Shown piece after piece: positions 14,541 through 24,601 of a stretch of DNA of 32,000 bases. The notes under the pieces are model-generated. The model was not told where the DNA came from. It was given only the letters and a program-made list of their open reading frames with translations, and did not search any database. The stretch covers positions 240,001 to 272,000 of the forward strand of contig OZ252279.1 of assembly GCA_965250005.1 (NCBI GenBank), written 5' to 3'. Source of the DNA: Demequinaceae bacterium (GTDB taxonomy: Bacteria; Actinomycetota; Actinomycetes; Actinomycetales; Demequinaceae). Position numbers and translations under genes: made by a program. Each line of letters opens with the position of its first letter. The first letter of the stretch is position 1.

Positions 14541-16102
14541 CGGTGGACCAGATGAGGCTGCGCCCCAACAGCGTCGTCCCGCTCGACCTCGCAGAAATTG
14601 TGGACGTCGCGCAAGCAGACGTCACGGGCGATACCGCTGGCGTATTAGTAACCGGCGCGAGCGTCGACTCTCACAACGTTCAGCCCGGGGACGTGTTTGG
14701 TGCGGTTCCCGGACTCAAGCAGCACGGTGCGGGCTACGTGAAAGACGCGGTCCAGTCTGGAGCGGTCGCCGTTCTGACGGATGTGGAAGGTGCCGAGATT
14801 GCCGGCGATTGTGGTGTCCCCGTGCTCGTTGTCGACGAGCCGCGCGCGGCCATGGGGCTCGCCGCGTCGAACATCTACGGCCATCCGTCCCAAGCGTTGA
14901 CATTCGTCGGCGTCACCGGAACAAACGGCAAGACCACGACTGCCTACTTTATCGACGCTGCACTGTCGCAGGTGCACCACAGGCGTGGACTCATGGGTAC
15001 CGTCGAGTTGCGGATCGGCGACGAGGCGATAGAGAGCCCACGCACCACCGTCGAGGCGCCGGTGCTGCACGCGATGCTCGCGCGGATGATTGAGGATGGC
15101 GTCACTGCTGCGATCACCGAGGTTTCATCACATGCCGCTGCACTCGACCGGATTGCGGGCGTCGACTTCTCTCTTGCGGTCTTCACCAACCTTCAGTGGG
15201 ACCATCTGGACTTCCATAAGACGATGGACAGGTATTTCGCCGACAAGTCCAGGCTGTTCGCCCCGGGTCGCGCCCGGAAGGGCGTGGTGTGCATCGATGA
15301 CGAATGGGGCGCCAAGCTCGCGGCGGAGGCGCAAATCCCGGTGGTGTCGGTCGCGACCCGCCCAGAGACACGTGGCGGCGACTGGCGCGTCGAAAACGCG
15401 GTGGTGGGACTCGACGGAGTGGGATCTAACTTCGAACTGGTCGAGCCGGGGGGGCGACGATACGTCGCGACCAGCCCGCTCCCTGGGCTTGTCAATGTGT
15501 CGAATGCGGCAGTCGCGATAGTCGCAGGTGTCGAGGTAGGGGTGCCGATCGACGACGCGCTCGCGGGAGTCGCAAGCGCGCACGAAATCCCAGGCCGCAT
15601 GGAACGAGTGATCGAGCGCAGCGAGCGCGACCCGCTGGCGATAGTCGACTACGCACACACTCCGGACGCGCTAACCCTCGCGCTCCAGGGTGTGCGGCCC
15701 ATTACTGCGGGCAGGCTCATTCTGATCCTCGGGTCTGACGGAGACCGCGACCAAGGCAAGCGCCCCGTGATGGGAGAGATCGCCGCGAACCTGGCTGACG
15801 TCATCGTCCTGACCGACGAGAACCCGCGCTCGGAGGATCCGGCTGCCGTCCGGGCCGCCATCCGGGACGGAATCCAGAAGGTGCGCCCAGACCTCCACGA
15901 CGTGCACGAGGTTCACCCGCGTATTGACGCGGTCGCCTTCGGGTTGCGGCTGGGCGGCCCCGGCGACACCGTCATCGTCACGGGCAAGGGTCATGAGCCA
16001 ACGCAGGAAGTCGCGGGGGTATTTAGCCGCTACAACGACCGCGACGCCTACCTCTCCGCTCAACGCGTGATTGAAGCCGAGCGCGAAGCGGGCTCTCCGT
16101 GA
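14537..16102 (+). CDS. murE: UDP-N-acetylmuramoyl-L-alanyl-D-glutamate-diamino acid ligase MurE
   Basis: P-loop [14 protein letters not shown] and DYAHTPDAL are present, plus a C-terminal TDENPRSEDP. GTG 14537 overlaps the ftsI stop as GTGA. TTG 14531 and ATG 14552 are alternative starts. Confidence 0.94.
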   Translation: MTVDQMRLRPNSVVPLDLAEIVDVAQADVTGDTAGVLVTGASVDSHNVQPGDVFGAVPGLKQHGAGYVKDAVQSGAVAVLTDVEGAEIAGDCGVPVLVVDEPRAAMGLAASNIYGHPSQALTFVGVTGTNGKTTTAYFIDAALSQVHHRRGLMGTVELRIGDEAIESPRTTVEAPVLHAMLARMIEDGVTAAITEVSSHAAALDRIAGVDFSLAVFTNLQWDHLDFHKTMDRYFADKSRLFAPGRARKGVVCIDDEWGAKLAAEAQIPVVSVATRPETRGGDWRVENAVVGLDGVGSNFELVEPGGRRYVATSPLPGLVNVSNAAVAIVAGVEVGVPIDDALAGVASAHEIPGRMERVIERSERDPLAIVDYAHTPDALTLALQGVRPITAGRLILILGSDGDRDQGKRPVMGEIAANLADVIVLTDENPRSEDPAAVRAAIRDGIQKVRPDLHDVHEVHPRIDAVAFGLRLGGPGDTVIVTGKGHEPTQEVAGVFSRYNDRDAYLSAQRVIEAEREAGSP

Positions 16103-17463
16103 AGCCCGTCACCGCGGCGTGGATCGCCGATGCCGTGGGTGGCAGGCTGTCCGCGGCGGCGGACGTCGAGGTCAGCTCGGTTGAGAAGGACTCGCGCGAG
16201 TGCACTGCGGGCTCGCTGTACGTCGCACTGCCGGGCGAGCGTGCAGACGGGCACGATTATGTTGCAGCGGCCACCGCGGCCGGCGCGTGCCTGAGCCTGG
16301 TAACGCGAACGGTTGACGGGCCCTACGTCCTCGTTGACGATGCGGTCAAGGCTCTGGGCGAGCTTGCCCAGGCATACCTCGGATTGCTGCGCGTCGAGGG
16401 CGACATCGCGGTGATCGGGATTACCGGATCGGTGGGCAAGACCACCACCAAGGACGTTCTAGCCCAAGTGCTACCACACTGCGTTGCGCCCGTCGGTTCG
16501 TATAACAACGAGATCGGGCTGCCCCTGACGGTTCTCCGCGCGGATTCCCATACCCGGAACCTCGTGCTTGAGATGGGCGCGAATGGCGTGGGCCACATCG
16601 CCTACCTTGTAGGCGTCGCGCCGCTCGACATTGCTGTGGTGCTCGTCGTGGGCGAGGCGCACTTGGGCGAGTACGATTCTCCCAAGCAGCTCGCAGAGAC
16701 CAAAGCCGAGATCCTAGCGGGGCTGGTCGCGGGGGGAACTGCCATCCTCAACGCGGGGGACCCGCGCGTCGCGGCCATGGCCGACCGCGTCAAGAATGCC
16801 ACGCTGTTCGGAATCGGCCACGGCGACGTAAGCGCCGATGGGCTCACCGTCGTCGGCGGACGTGCTCGCTTCATACTCAGCGACGGTGCTTCCGCTGCGC
16901 CGGTCGAGCTCAGGCTCGTAGGCGAGCATCACGTGACCAACGCGCTTGCTGCCGCCAGCGTCGCGCTGGCAACAGGGATGAGCGTCCAGGATACTGCCGG
17001 CGCGCTTAGCGCGTCCGAGGCACTTAGCGCCCACCGGATGGCCGTCATCACCCGCGCCGACGGCGTCACCATCATCGACGACTCGTACAACGCTTCCCCC
17101 GAGTCCATGTGGGCGGCGATGCGCGCGCTCATGGACGTCGCGGCGGGAGGCCGCACCGTTGCGGTCCTGGGCGAGATGCTAGAGATGGGCGACGGTTCGA
17201 GATCTGCACACGCGGACCTCGGCGAGCGCGTCGTCCGGCTCGGAATCGACAAGCTGCTGGTAGTTGGACCGGGAGCAAAGCCGACATTCGATGCGGCCGT
17301 TCTCGAAGGGTCATGGGGAGAAGAGGCGGCGTACGTCGCTACCATCGAGGAAGCGCGGAACCACCTCGATGGTCAACTGGTCTCGGGAGATACCGTGCTA
17401 ATCAAGGCGTCACACGGTGCTGACCTGTGGCGTCTTGCTGACCAGATGGAGGGAGCAGCGTAG
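16099..17463 (+). CDS. murF: UDP-N-acetylmuramoyl-tripeptide-D-alanyl-D-alanine ligase MurF
   Basis: GITGSVGKTTTKD, LEMGANGVGHI and IIDDSYNASPESM are present. GTG 16099 overlaps the murE stop as GTGA. Confidence 0.95.
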   Translation: MKPVTAAWIADAVGGRLSAAADVEVSSVEKDSRECTAGSLYVALPGERADGHDYVAAATAAGACLSLVTRTVDGPYVLVDDAVKALGELAQAYLGLLRVEGDIAVIGITGSVGKTTTKDVLAQVLPHCVAPVGSYNNEIGLPLTVLRADSHTRNLVLEMGANGVGHIAYLVGVAPLDIAVVLVVGEAHLGEYDSPKQLAETKAEILAGLVAGGTAILNAGDPRVAAMADRVKNATLFGIGHGDVSADGLTVVGGRARFILSDGASAAPVELRLVGEHHVTNALAAASVALATGMSVQDTAGALSASEALSAHRMAVITRADGVTIIDDSYNASPESMWAAMRALMDVAAGGRTVAVLGEMLEMGDGSRSAHADLGERVVRLGIDKLLVVGPGAKPTFDAAVLEGSWGEEAAYVATIEEARNHLDGQLVSGDTVLIKASHGADLWRLADQMEGAA

Positions 17464-18549
17464 ATGTTGGCGATTGTCATCGCGGGCGGGATCGGCTTGT
17501 TGATCTCGCTACTGGGCACACCTTTGTTCATCCGCTTCCTCACACGCCGTCAGTACGGACAGTTCATCCGCCACGACGGGCCGGCGTCGCACCACGTCAA
17601 GCGCGGCACCCCGACCATGGGTGGCGTCGTCATCATCCTGGCCGCCGTTGTGGCGTGGCTGGGCGCCAACTTTGCCACCGGCCGCACCCCGGACGCGTCG
17701 TCGATGCTCGTGGTACTGCTGGTGGTCGGCCTGGGACTGGTGGGCCTCGCCGACGATGTCATCAAGATCTCCCAGGAACGCTCGCTAGGCCTCAAGGCAC
17801 GCTGGAAGATCATGGGCCAGGCCGCCGTCGGGATCGCATTCGGGTACCTGGCGCTGCAGTTTCCGAATGAAGCAGGAGTTACTCCCGGCTCGACTGCGAT
17901 CTCGTTCTTGCGCGACACGTCACTCGACCTCGCCGTGTTTGGGACCACCGCCGGAGTGGTGTTGTTCCTCATTTGGGCCAACTTCCTCATCACTGCGTGG
18001 TCCAACGCCGTCAACCTGACGGACGGACTCGATGGGCTCGCCTCGGGAGCGTCGGCCATATTCTTCATTACCTACGTGCTCGTGGGCATCTGGAAGTTCA
18101 ACGAGTCTTGCGTTCGCCCCGACGCAATTGCGAGCATCTGCTACGACGCGCGTGACCCGCGGGACCTGGCGATCCTCGCCGCAGCACTCACCGGCGCGAC
18201 CTTCGGGTTCCTCTGGTGGAATGCGTCGCCCGCGAAGATATTCATGGGCGACACAGGTTCGCTCGCGCTTGGAGGCGCCGTTGCCGGTCTCACGATCGTT
18301 TCGCGCACGGAGCTCTTGGGCGCGATCATTGGCGGATTGTTCGTCATCATCATGCTTTCCGTTATCTTGCAGGTTGCGGGATTCAAGATGACGGGTAAGC
18401 GGATCTTCAAGATGGCGCCGCTCCATCATCATTTTGAGCAACTTGGGTGGGGCGAGGTCACTATCGTTACGCGGTTCTGGATCATCGCTGGACTCTTCAC
18501 CGCGACCGGCATGGGCGTGTTCTACACCGAGTGGATCGCCTCGCTGTGA
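17464..18549 (+). CDS. mraY: Phospho-N-acetylmuramoyl-pentapeptide transferase MraY
   Basis: Polytopic membrane protein with HxxKxGTPTMGG, [26 protein letters not shown] and PLHHHFE. ATG 17464 directly abuts the murF TAG. Confidence 0.97.
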   Translation: MLAIVIAGGIGLLISLLGTPLFIRFLTRRQYGQFIRHDGPASHHVKRGTPTMGGVVIILAAVVAWLGANFATGRTPDASSMLVVLLVVGLGLVGLADDVIKISQERSLGLKARWKIMGQAAVGIAFGYLALQFPNEAGVTPGSTAISFLRDTSLDLAVFGTTAGVVLFLIWANFLITAWSNAVNLTDGLDGLASGASAIFFITYVLVGIWKFNESCVRPDAIASICYDARDPRDLAILAAALTGATFGFLWWNASPAKIFMGDTGSLALGGAVAGLTIVSRTELLGAIIGGLFVIIMLSVILQVAGFKMTGKRIFKMAPLHHHFEQLGWGEVTIVTRFWIIAGLFTATGMGVFYTEWIASL

Positions 18550-19910
18550 ACCTCGCGGGCAAGCGCGTTCTCGTGCTCGGCCTTGGGGTGACGGGGCGAG
18601 CCGCCCTGGCCGCGCTGATCGACGCGGGCGCGCACGCCGTCACCGTCGATCGATCCGGACGCGGCCAACACGCCGACATAGCCGAGGTTGACCTGGCTGC
18701 GATTGATCTGGCTATCGCGTCCCCGGGATGGTCTCCGCACGGCGCGGCCCTCACCACAGTGGAGGCCGCAGGTATCGAAGTTTGGAGCGAGGTCGAGCTC
18801 GCGTGGCGCTTGCGCAACCCGTCAACGCCCTGGGTCCTGGTGACCGGCACCAACGGCAAGACCACAACGGTGCAGATGATTGGCGCGATGGCCAGCGCAG
18901 CCGGGCTTGCGCACGCCGTGGTCGGCAACGTGGGCGACACCGTGGTCGAGGCATCGGCCAAACCGCTGGACCTGCTCGTGGTCGAAATCTCAAGCTTTCA
19001 GCTTCACTACACGCGAACGGTGTCGCCTCTCGCCGCTGTAGTCCTGAACGTCGACGATGATCACCTCGACTGGCACGGGGGGCGCACCGCGTACCGCGCA
19101 GCTAAGGCCAAGGTGTTTGAGCGTGTGCAGTTTGCGTGTGTCTACCCCGCGCGAAGCGAAGCGATCCGGCGCATGATCGAAGAAGCCACGGTGGGAGAGG
19201 GCTGCCGGGCGGTCGGCCTGACGCTGGGAGCGCCCGACGTGTCGCAACTTGGCGTGGTCGAGGACGTCCTGTGCGACCGCGCGTTCATGAGCGACCGGCG
19301 CACGCACGCGATCGAGATCGCTTCGATCGACGATCTCGCGCATATCTCAGGCGGGACCGTTCCGCCTTACCTCGCACTCAACGCACTCGCGGCGGCGGCC
19401 CTAGCGCGCGCGGCGGGTATTGAGCCCGATCACATTCGTGCCGCACTGCGGGATTTCAGCCTCGACGCGCACCGCACCGATCGTGTCCGAACGGTCGCGG
19501 GCGTGGCCTACATCGACGACTCCAAGGCCACCAACACCCACGCGGCGCGGGCCGCATTCGGCGCGATGCCCGATTCGAGCGTCGTATGGATCGCGGGCGG
19601 GCTTGCGAAGGGGGCCGACTACGCGCCCTTAATCGAGCACATTGCGCCCAAGCTTCGCGCGGTGGTACTCATTGGCGAGGACTCGGCCGCGTTGCAGGCG
19701 GCGTGTGCGCGACACGCACCCGGAATCCCTATCGACACGGTGGCACCAGGCGAAACTGTCATGAAGCGGGCGGTTCTCGCCGCTCGTGAACGTGCGCGCG
19801 CGGGCGACAGAGTGTTGCTGTCTCCTGCGAGCGCATCTATGGATCAGTTCCGCGATTATGCGGACAGAGGCGACGCCTTTGCCGCGGAGGTCGAGGCGCT
19901 GAAAGATTAG
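18546..19910 (+). CDS. murD: UDP-N-acetylmuramoylalanine-D-glutamate ligase MurD
   Basis: [20 protein letters not shown] (Rossmann-type N-terminus), [10 protein letters not shown] and IDDSKATN are present. Start re-called at GTG 18546, which overlaps the mraY stop as GTGA. The track start at 18447 lies inside mraY. Confidence 0.94.
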   Translation: MNLAGKRVLVLGLGVTGRAALAALIDAGAHAVTVDRSGRGQHADIAEVDLAAIDLAIASPGWSPHGAALTTVEAAGIEVWSEVELAWRLRNPSTPWVLVTGTNGKTTTVQMIGAMASAAGLAHAVVGNVGDTVVEASAKPLDLLVVEISSFQLHYTRTVSPLAAVVLNVDDDHLDWHGGRTAYRAAKAKVFERVQFACVYPARSEAIRRMIEEATVGEGCRAVGLTLGAPDVSQLGVVEDVLCDRAFMSDRRTHAIEIASIDDLAHISGGTVPPYLALNALAAAALARAAGIEPDHIRAALRDFSLDAHRTDRVRTVAGVAYIDDSKATNTHAARAAFGAMPDSSVVWIAGGLAKGADYAPLIEHIAPKLRAVVLIGEDSAALQAACARHAPGIPIDTVAPGETVMKRAVLAARERARAGDRVLLSPASASMDQFRDYADRGDAFAAEVEALKD

Positions 19911-19919
19911 GAGGCGGGC

Positions 19920-21140
19920 ATGGCAGTGACAGAAGTGCGCGCGTCCGAGCGCGCGGGGCTTGACCGGTCGCCCGTCGCCACGTACTACCTGCTTGGCGCG
20001 GCTACCGCGATGCTCGTACTCGTGGGTCTCGCGGTTGTTTTGTCGTCGTCGTCAATCGACTCGATCAAGGAGGAGGGCGATGCGTACGCGCTCTTCAAGG
20101 CTCAACTGGTCTCGCTCGTCATTGGTGTGGTGCTGCTGGTTGTAGCAAGCCGGCTCGCGCCCTTGACTTACAAGCGCGCTGCGCCGTGGGCGCTCGCGTT
20201 CAGCGTCGTGCTCCTCTTCCTTGTCGCGACTTCGCCGCTCGGATTGTCCGAGGGTGGCAACAAGAACTGGATCGACCTCGGATTCCTTACCGCCCAGCCG
20301 AGCGAAGTGGCCAAGCTCGGCCTCGCCCTGTACTTGGGGCTCGCACTGTCTCAGCAGCGCCACAAACTTACGTCGATCAAGCGGGCCATGCTGCCCGCGG
20401 GTCTCATTGCGATGCTCGTGATCGGGCTGGTACTTGCCGGGCGGGATCTTGGCACCGCAACGGTGCTGATTTTGCTGGTGGCCGCGGCGTTCTGGACGGC
20501 AGGCCTTCCTGTCCGATTCTTTGTGCTTGGAACTAGCGCTGCCGTCGGGCTGGTCGTCGCGATGATCCTGTCTTTCCAGAACCTCTACGATCGCGTGGCC
20601 GTGTGGATGTCGCCCACGTGCGACGCCACGGCAGAGTGCTTCCAGGTCACGCATGGCACCTGGGCGCTTGCGTCCGGCGGGGTGTGGGGACTCGGCCCAG
20701 GTCTTTCGCGTGAGAAATGGTCGCTGCTGCCTAAGCCGCACAATGACTTCATATACGCGATTCTGGGGGAAGAGTTTGGGCTGATCGGCACGGTGTTCGT
20801 TCTGGTCGCGCTTGCGATGATCGTGATCGCGGTCAATCGGCTGGTTCGCCGTAGCCGCGATCTGTTCGTTCAGGTCACGTCCGCTGCAATCGGCGTGTGG
20901 ATCGTGGGCCAGGCAAGCCTGAATATCGCTGTGGTTCTTGGCTTGGTTCCGGTGACGGGCGTGCCGCTGCCGTTCATCTCGTCAGGCGGGTCGTCGCTGG
21001 TGATGTCTCTTATTGGTATGGGAGTTCTGCTTGCGTTCGCGCGGCGCGAGCCCGGAGCGGCGGAGGCTCTCGATACTCGCGGGTCCGTTGTGCGTAAGTC
21101 TCTCGCGGTTGTTTCGCGCGGCCGGAGGTCGCGTGGCTAA
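19920..21140 (+). CDS. ftsW: SEDS-family peptidoglycan glycosyltransferase FtsW
   Basis: Ten-TM-type profile with QPSEVAKL, PKPHNDFIYAILGEEFG and VPLPFISSGGSSLV. An AGGAGG RBS precedes ATG 19920. Confidence 0.94.
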   Translation: MAVTEVRASERAGLDRSPVATYYLLGAATAMLVLVGLAVVLSSSSIDSIKEEGDAYALFKAQLVSLVIGVVLLVVASRLAPLTYKRAAPWALAFSVVLLFLVATSPLGLSEGGNKNWIDLGFLTAQPSEVAKLGLALYLGLALSQQRHKLTSIKRAMLPAGLIAMLVIGLVLAGRDLGTATVLILLVAAAFWTAGLPVRFFVLGTSAAVGLVVAMILSFQNLYDRVAVWMSPTCDATAECFQVTHGTWALASGGVWGLGPGLSREKWSLLPKPHNDFIYAILGEEFGLIGTVFVLVALAMIVIAVNRLVRRSRDLFVQVTSAAIGVWIVGQASLNIAVVLGLVPVTGVPLPFISSGGSSLVMSLIGMGVLLAFARREPGAAEALDTRGSVVRKSLAVVSRGRRSRG

Positions 21141-22251
21141 GACAATTCTTCTCGCAGGTGGTGGGACAGCGGGGCACGTGAATCCGCTTCTCGCAACCGC
21201 GGCCGAGCTCCAAGACCGGGGACATACGGTCGTAGCGCTTGGCACAGCCGAGGGTCTCGAGTCCGAGCTCGTTCCGCTCGCACGCTTGGAGTTTCGGTTG
21301 GTGCCCCGTGTTCCCATGCCGCGGCGCCCAGGGCTCGGCTTGCTGCGCTTTCCGGGCAGAATGCGCGCGGCTATTCACGCTGCCCGAGCAGCTATTGACG
21401 AGGTTAAGCCCGACGCTGTCGTCGGGTTCGGTGGCTATGTTTCGACGCCCGCGTATCTTGCGGCGAGGAAGGCGAACGTGCCAGTGGTCGTTCACGAGGC
21501 GAACGCGCGCGCGGGTCTCGCTAATCGCCTGGGCGCCAGGTTCGCCGCGGGCGTCGCGGTCACATTTGAGGGCACCGGACTGAGCGGCGAGATTACGACG
21601 GGCATGCCGCTGCGTCCTGGGATCGCCGCGCTCGCATCGGCCCGGCGCGAGCCTGAGAGCCACTGGCTCGCGCGCGCGCAGGCGCGCAAGTCGCTCGGAT
21701 GGGACATGGCCACACCTGCGGCCCTCATCATGGGAGGTTCTCTGGGTGCGGCGAGCATCAACTCCGCGGTCGTTAACTCGATCGAGTCACTTGTGTCGCA
21801 TGGCATCACCGTGCTTCACCTCACGGGAGCAGGCAAGGCGATCGAGGCGGAGCGCGCGTTCGGCGCGCTGCCCGCCAGGCTCCGCCCGCATTACGTTGTG
21901 CGCGAGTACATGCACGATATGAACGAAGCGTTCGCGGCGGTGGACGCCGTCGTGTGCCGAAGCGGCTCAGGAACGGTCGCCGAAGTCAGTGCGCTGTGCC
22001 TGCCAGCGCTCTACGTTCCGCTGCCCATTGGAAATGGCGAGCAGGCGCTCAATGCTCGATTGGCTGTTGACGCGGGCGCGGCGACCTTGGTCGCAGATGA
22101 GAGGTTTGGTGCGGCGGCGCTCCAACTGGGGCTGGAGCGAATGCTGCTTGAGCCAGGGACGAACGAAGATATGGCGATGGCGGCGCTCACGGTGGGCATC
22201 GTTGACGGTGCGACGCGCCTTTCCGACATGATCGAGGACGCCGCGCTGTGA
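21133..22251 (+). CDS. murG: Undecaprenyldiphospho-muramoylpentapeptide beta-N-acetylglucosaminyltransferase MurG
   Basis: VAKTILLAGGGTAGHVNPLL is present, and the C-terminal part RSGSGTVAEV...LPIGNGEQALNA. Start re-called at GTG 21133, an 8-nt overlap with ftsW. The track start at 21013 lies inside ftsW. Confidence 0.94.
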   Translation: MAKTILLAGGGTAGHVNPLLATAAELQDRGHTVVALGTAEGLESELVPLARLEFRLVPRVPMPRRPGLGLLRFPGRMRAAIHAARAAIDEVKPDAVVGFGGYVSTPAYLAARKANVPVVVHEANARAGLANRLGARFAAGVAVTFEGTGLSGEITTGMPLRPGIAALASARREPESHWLARAQARKSLGWDMATPAALIMGGSLGAASINSAVVNSIESLVSHGITVLHLTGAGKAIEAERAFGALPARLRPHYVVREYMHDMNEAFAAVDAVVCRSGSGTVAEVSALCLPALYVPLPIGNGEQALNARLAVDAGAATLVADERFGAAALQLGLERMLLEPGTNEDMAMAALTVGIVDGATRLSDMIEDAAL

Positions 22252-23609
22252 CAGTTGATCGCGCGCACTTCATTGGCGTGGGCGGGGCAGGCATGTCTGC
22301 CGTCGCGTGGCTGCTGCACAGCGCTGGCGTTACTGTCACCGGCTCCGACGCGGCCGACGGCCCGTACCTGCGGGCGCTAGCTCAGCGGGGCTTGGATGTG
22401 CGAGTGGGACACGACCCCGCGTTGGTCGCCGGCGTGGACGCCGTAGTAGTGACGTCAGCGCTGAGGGAGGAAAACGTGGAATTGGTCGCCTCTCGTGCGG
22501 CGGGTGTCGCGGTGTGGCACCGGTCGGAAGCGCTCGTACGCGCCGTCGACGGCAAGCGAGTCATCGCCGTGGCGGGAGCCCATGGAAAAACCACGACAGC
22601 GGCGATGACGGCGCACATGCTGCAGGCAAGCGGAATCGATGCGACCTTCGCGATCGGCGCTCCGGTGCTCGGCGTGGACGGCGCTGTGGGTGGAGCCTAC
22701 GCGGGCACCGCAGACGTAGCGGTGATCGAGGCGGACGAGTCCGATAAGTCGTTCCTTGCCTACAGTCCTGAGGTGTCCATCATCACGAACGTCGAGCCCG
22801 ACCACCTGGACCATTACGAGACCGCCGAGGCGGTTGTCGCTGCCTTCGGTGAATTCGCTGCCAAGGCGCCGACGCTCGTGGTATGCGTGGATGATGCGGG
22901 GGCGGCTGCAATCGGCGAGGATGCTCGCCGCGCGGGCACCACTGTCGTTTACTACGGCGCCGACGAGTCGGCGGACGTAGCGGTCGCGCGGCAGGGAATC
23001 GTAGTTTCGGGCGAGCGCTACCCGTTGGAGCCAACGCAACCCGGCTGGCACAACAACCTCAACGCGGCGGCCGCGTGGGCAGCCGCTACGGCGGTTGGCG
23101 CTGACGCGTTGATCGCAGCGTCGGCGGCAGCGACATTCGCGGGCACGGGGCGCCGCTACGAACTTCGTGGAACGGCGGATGGGGTGCGCGTTATCGACGA
23201 TTACGCCCACCATCCCACGGAGATCGAAGCACTACTCGCGGCGGCTCGCCTTGATGCCGGCGATGCACGCGTAGTGGTCCTATTCCAGCCCCACTTGTAC
23301 TCCAGAACCCGCTTGCTCGCACATGACTTCGCCGCCGCGCTCGCAAAGCCCGGCGTCGACGTGGTGATTGCGGGCATCTACGGAGCGCGCGAAGACCCCG
23401 AGCCCGGAGTGGGTCCGCAGACTATCACAGAATTGATCCCCGAGGGGCAGACGATCCACGCGGTCGACGACCTCAGGCTCGCCGCCGCATCCGCCGCAGC
23501 ACTCACGCAACCGGGGGACACGCTGCTCACCGTAGGGGCGGGCTCGGTCACGGCCGCCGCCGGTTGGATTCTCGAGCTGCTACGCACCCGACAGGCCATG
23601 CGTGGCTAG
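22248..23609 (+). CDS. murC: UDP-N-acetylmuramate-L-alanine ligase MurC
   Basis: HFIGVGGAGMSAVAWLL, GAHGKTTTAAM, IEADESDKSF and DDYAHHPTEI are present. GTG 22248 overlaps the murG stop as GTGA. Confidence 0.95.
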   Translation: MTVDRAHFIGVGGAGMSAVAWLLHSAGVTVTGSDAADGPYLRALAQRGLDVRVGHDPALVAGVDAVVVTSALREENVELVASRAAGVAVWHRSEALVRAVDGKRVIAVAGAHGKTTTAAMTAHMLQASGIDATFAIGAPVLGVDGAVGGAYAGTADVAVIEADESDKSFLAYSPEVSIITNVEPDHLDHYETAEAVVAAFGEFAAKAPTLVVCVDDAGAAAIGEDARRAGTTVVYYGADESADVAVARQGIVVSGERYPLEPTQPGWHNNLNAAAAWAAATAVGADALIAASAAATFAGTGRRYELRGTADGVRVIDDYAHHPTEIEALLAAARLDAGDARVVVLFQPHLYSRTRLLAHDFAAALAKPGVDVVIAGIYGAREDPEPGVGPQTITELIPEGQTIHAVDDLRLAAASAAALTQPGDTLLTVGAGSVTAAAGWILELLRTRQAMRG

Positions 23610-24438
23610 GGGCCGGGCGCCCGCTCGGACGGGCCCCCGCGCAGCGACCCCCGCGCAGACGCGCGCACCAAGCACGGTCACCAATCGGATGCAAGAACGG
23701 CTTGCGGAACAGGCCAGGGCCGATGCGGTGCGTCGCAGCCGCAGATCCGCCGCCTGGTGGCTCGCCTTTTTCGCGCTTGGCGCGGCTGGATGGGTTGTGT
23801 GGCTCTCGCCCGTCTTCGCACTGGATCGAGACGCGATCATTGTCCATGTCGAGGCGGGTTTGAGCACGGGAGACACGAGCGTGAGCGCGGCATCGATTGT
23901 CGCGGCTCTTGAGCCATTTGCGGGAACTCCGCTGACGCGAATCGACATGGGTGCGGCGACAGCTGCGGTGCGGGAGCTTGAGGGCGTCCGCGATGTCACG
24001 GTCGCGCGCGCCTGGCCGAATGGCCTGGAGGTCACGGCTCTCGAGCGGGTCGCGGTTGCCGCCGTGCCCGATCTCGCTGGGGGGTTCTACCTGGTTGATG
24101 CCGATGGCGATCCCCTGACAGCGAGCGCGTCCCCTCCCGGCGAGCTGCCGGTGGTGGTGGTGCCCGTTGGCGCGGAGCACGTGCGCGTGTTGAGGGCCGT
24201 CCTGGGAGTCGTGGGTCAGTTGCCACCCGAGCTCACGGCGCTCGTGGAGGGAATTCGCGCCGAGACTGAGGACTCGGTGGAATTCGACCTTCGCGATGGA
24301 CCGCCCGTGCTTTGGGGGAGCGCTGAACAGACGCCTCTCAAGGCCGAGGTGCTGCTGTTGCTGATTGAGTCCGGGCAAACAGATGGCGTCACTGCCGTTG
24401 ATGTGTCGGCGCCGACGTTGCCGATAGTGGTTGATTAG
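23602..24438 (+). CDS. ftsQ: Cell division protein FtsQ (POTRA domain)
   Basis: Sits in the canonical position. It has a basic N-terminus, one TM helix (AAWWLAFFALGAAGWVVWL) and a POTRA-like segment (...VRDVTVARAWPNGLEVTALER). The start is either GTG 23602 (8-nt overlap with murC) or ATG 23689. Confidence 0.8.
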   Translation: MARGRAPARTGPRAATPAQTRAPSTVTNRMQERLAEQARADAVRRSRRSAAWWLAFFALGAAGWVVWLSPVFALDRDAIIVHVEAGLSTGDTSVSAASIVAALEPFAGTPLTRIDMGAATAAVRELEGVRDVTVARAWPNGLEVTALERVAVAAVPDLAGGFYLVDADGDPLTASASPPGELPVVVVPVGAEHVRVLRAVLGVVGQLPPELTALVEGIRAETEDSVEFDLRDGPPVLWGSAEQTPLKAEVLLLLIESGQTDGVTAVDVSAPTLPIVVD

Positions 24439-24601
24439 TGCCCGCCCACCCCTACGCGCGGCTGCAGTTATCGGCGTTTTTGGGGCGACACGCGCGGCGT
24501 TCACTGACGCACCGCGCCACGGACCTTACCGTTGCGGTGGATACACCTGACATAACGCTGACCCTCAACTAGAGGGTTAATGTTGAACGAAAGGGCAGCT
24601 C

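Noticed and set aside
23548-24504. 318-aa minus-strand ORF opposite ftsQ; similar long antisense or out-of-frame ORFs at 7304-8023, 12039-12755, 20052-20741, 21010-21663, 22455-23213 and 24580-24960
   Set aside because: All are Arg/Pro/Gly-rich translations. They are either antisense to well-supported dcw genes or, for 7304-8023 and 24580-24960, out of frame on the same strand. This is expected because GC-rich codon bias suppresses stop codons in other frames. None shows domains or start-site signals.
24492-24517. GC-rich imperfect hairpin (GCGCGGCG ttcactga CGCACCGCGC) in the ftsQ-ftsZ spacer
   Set aside because: It has an internal mismatch and no downstream U-tract; the T-run lies upstream of it. 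ftsZ must be expressed through or after this point. It could be an mRNA processing or stability element, but the evidence is too thin for a feature call.
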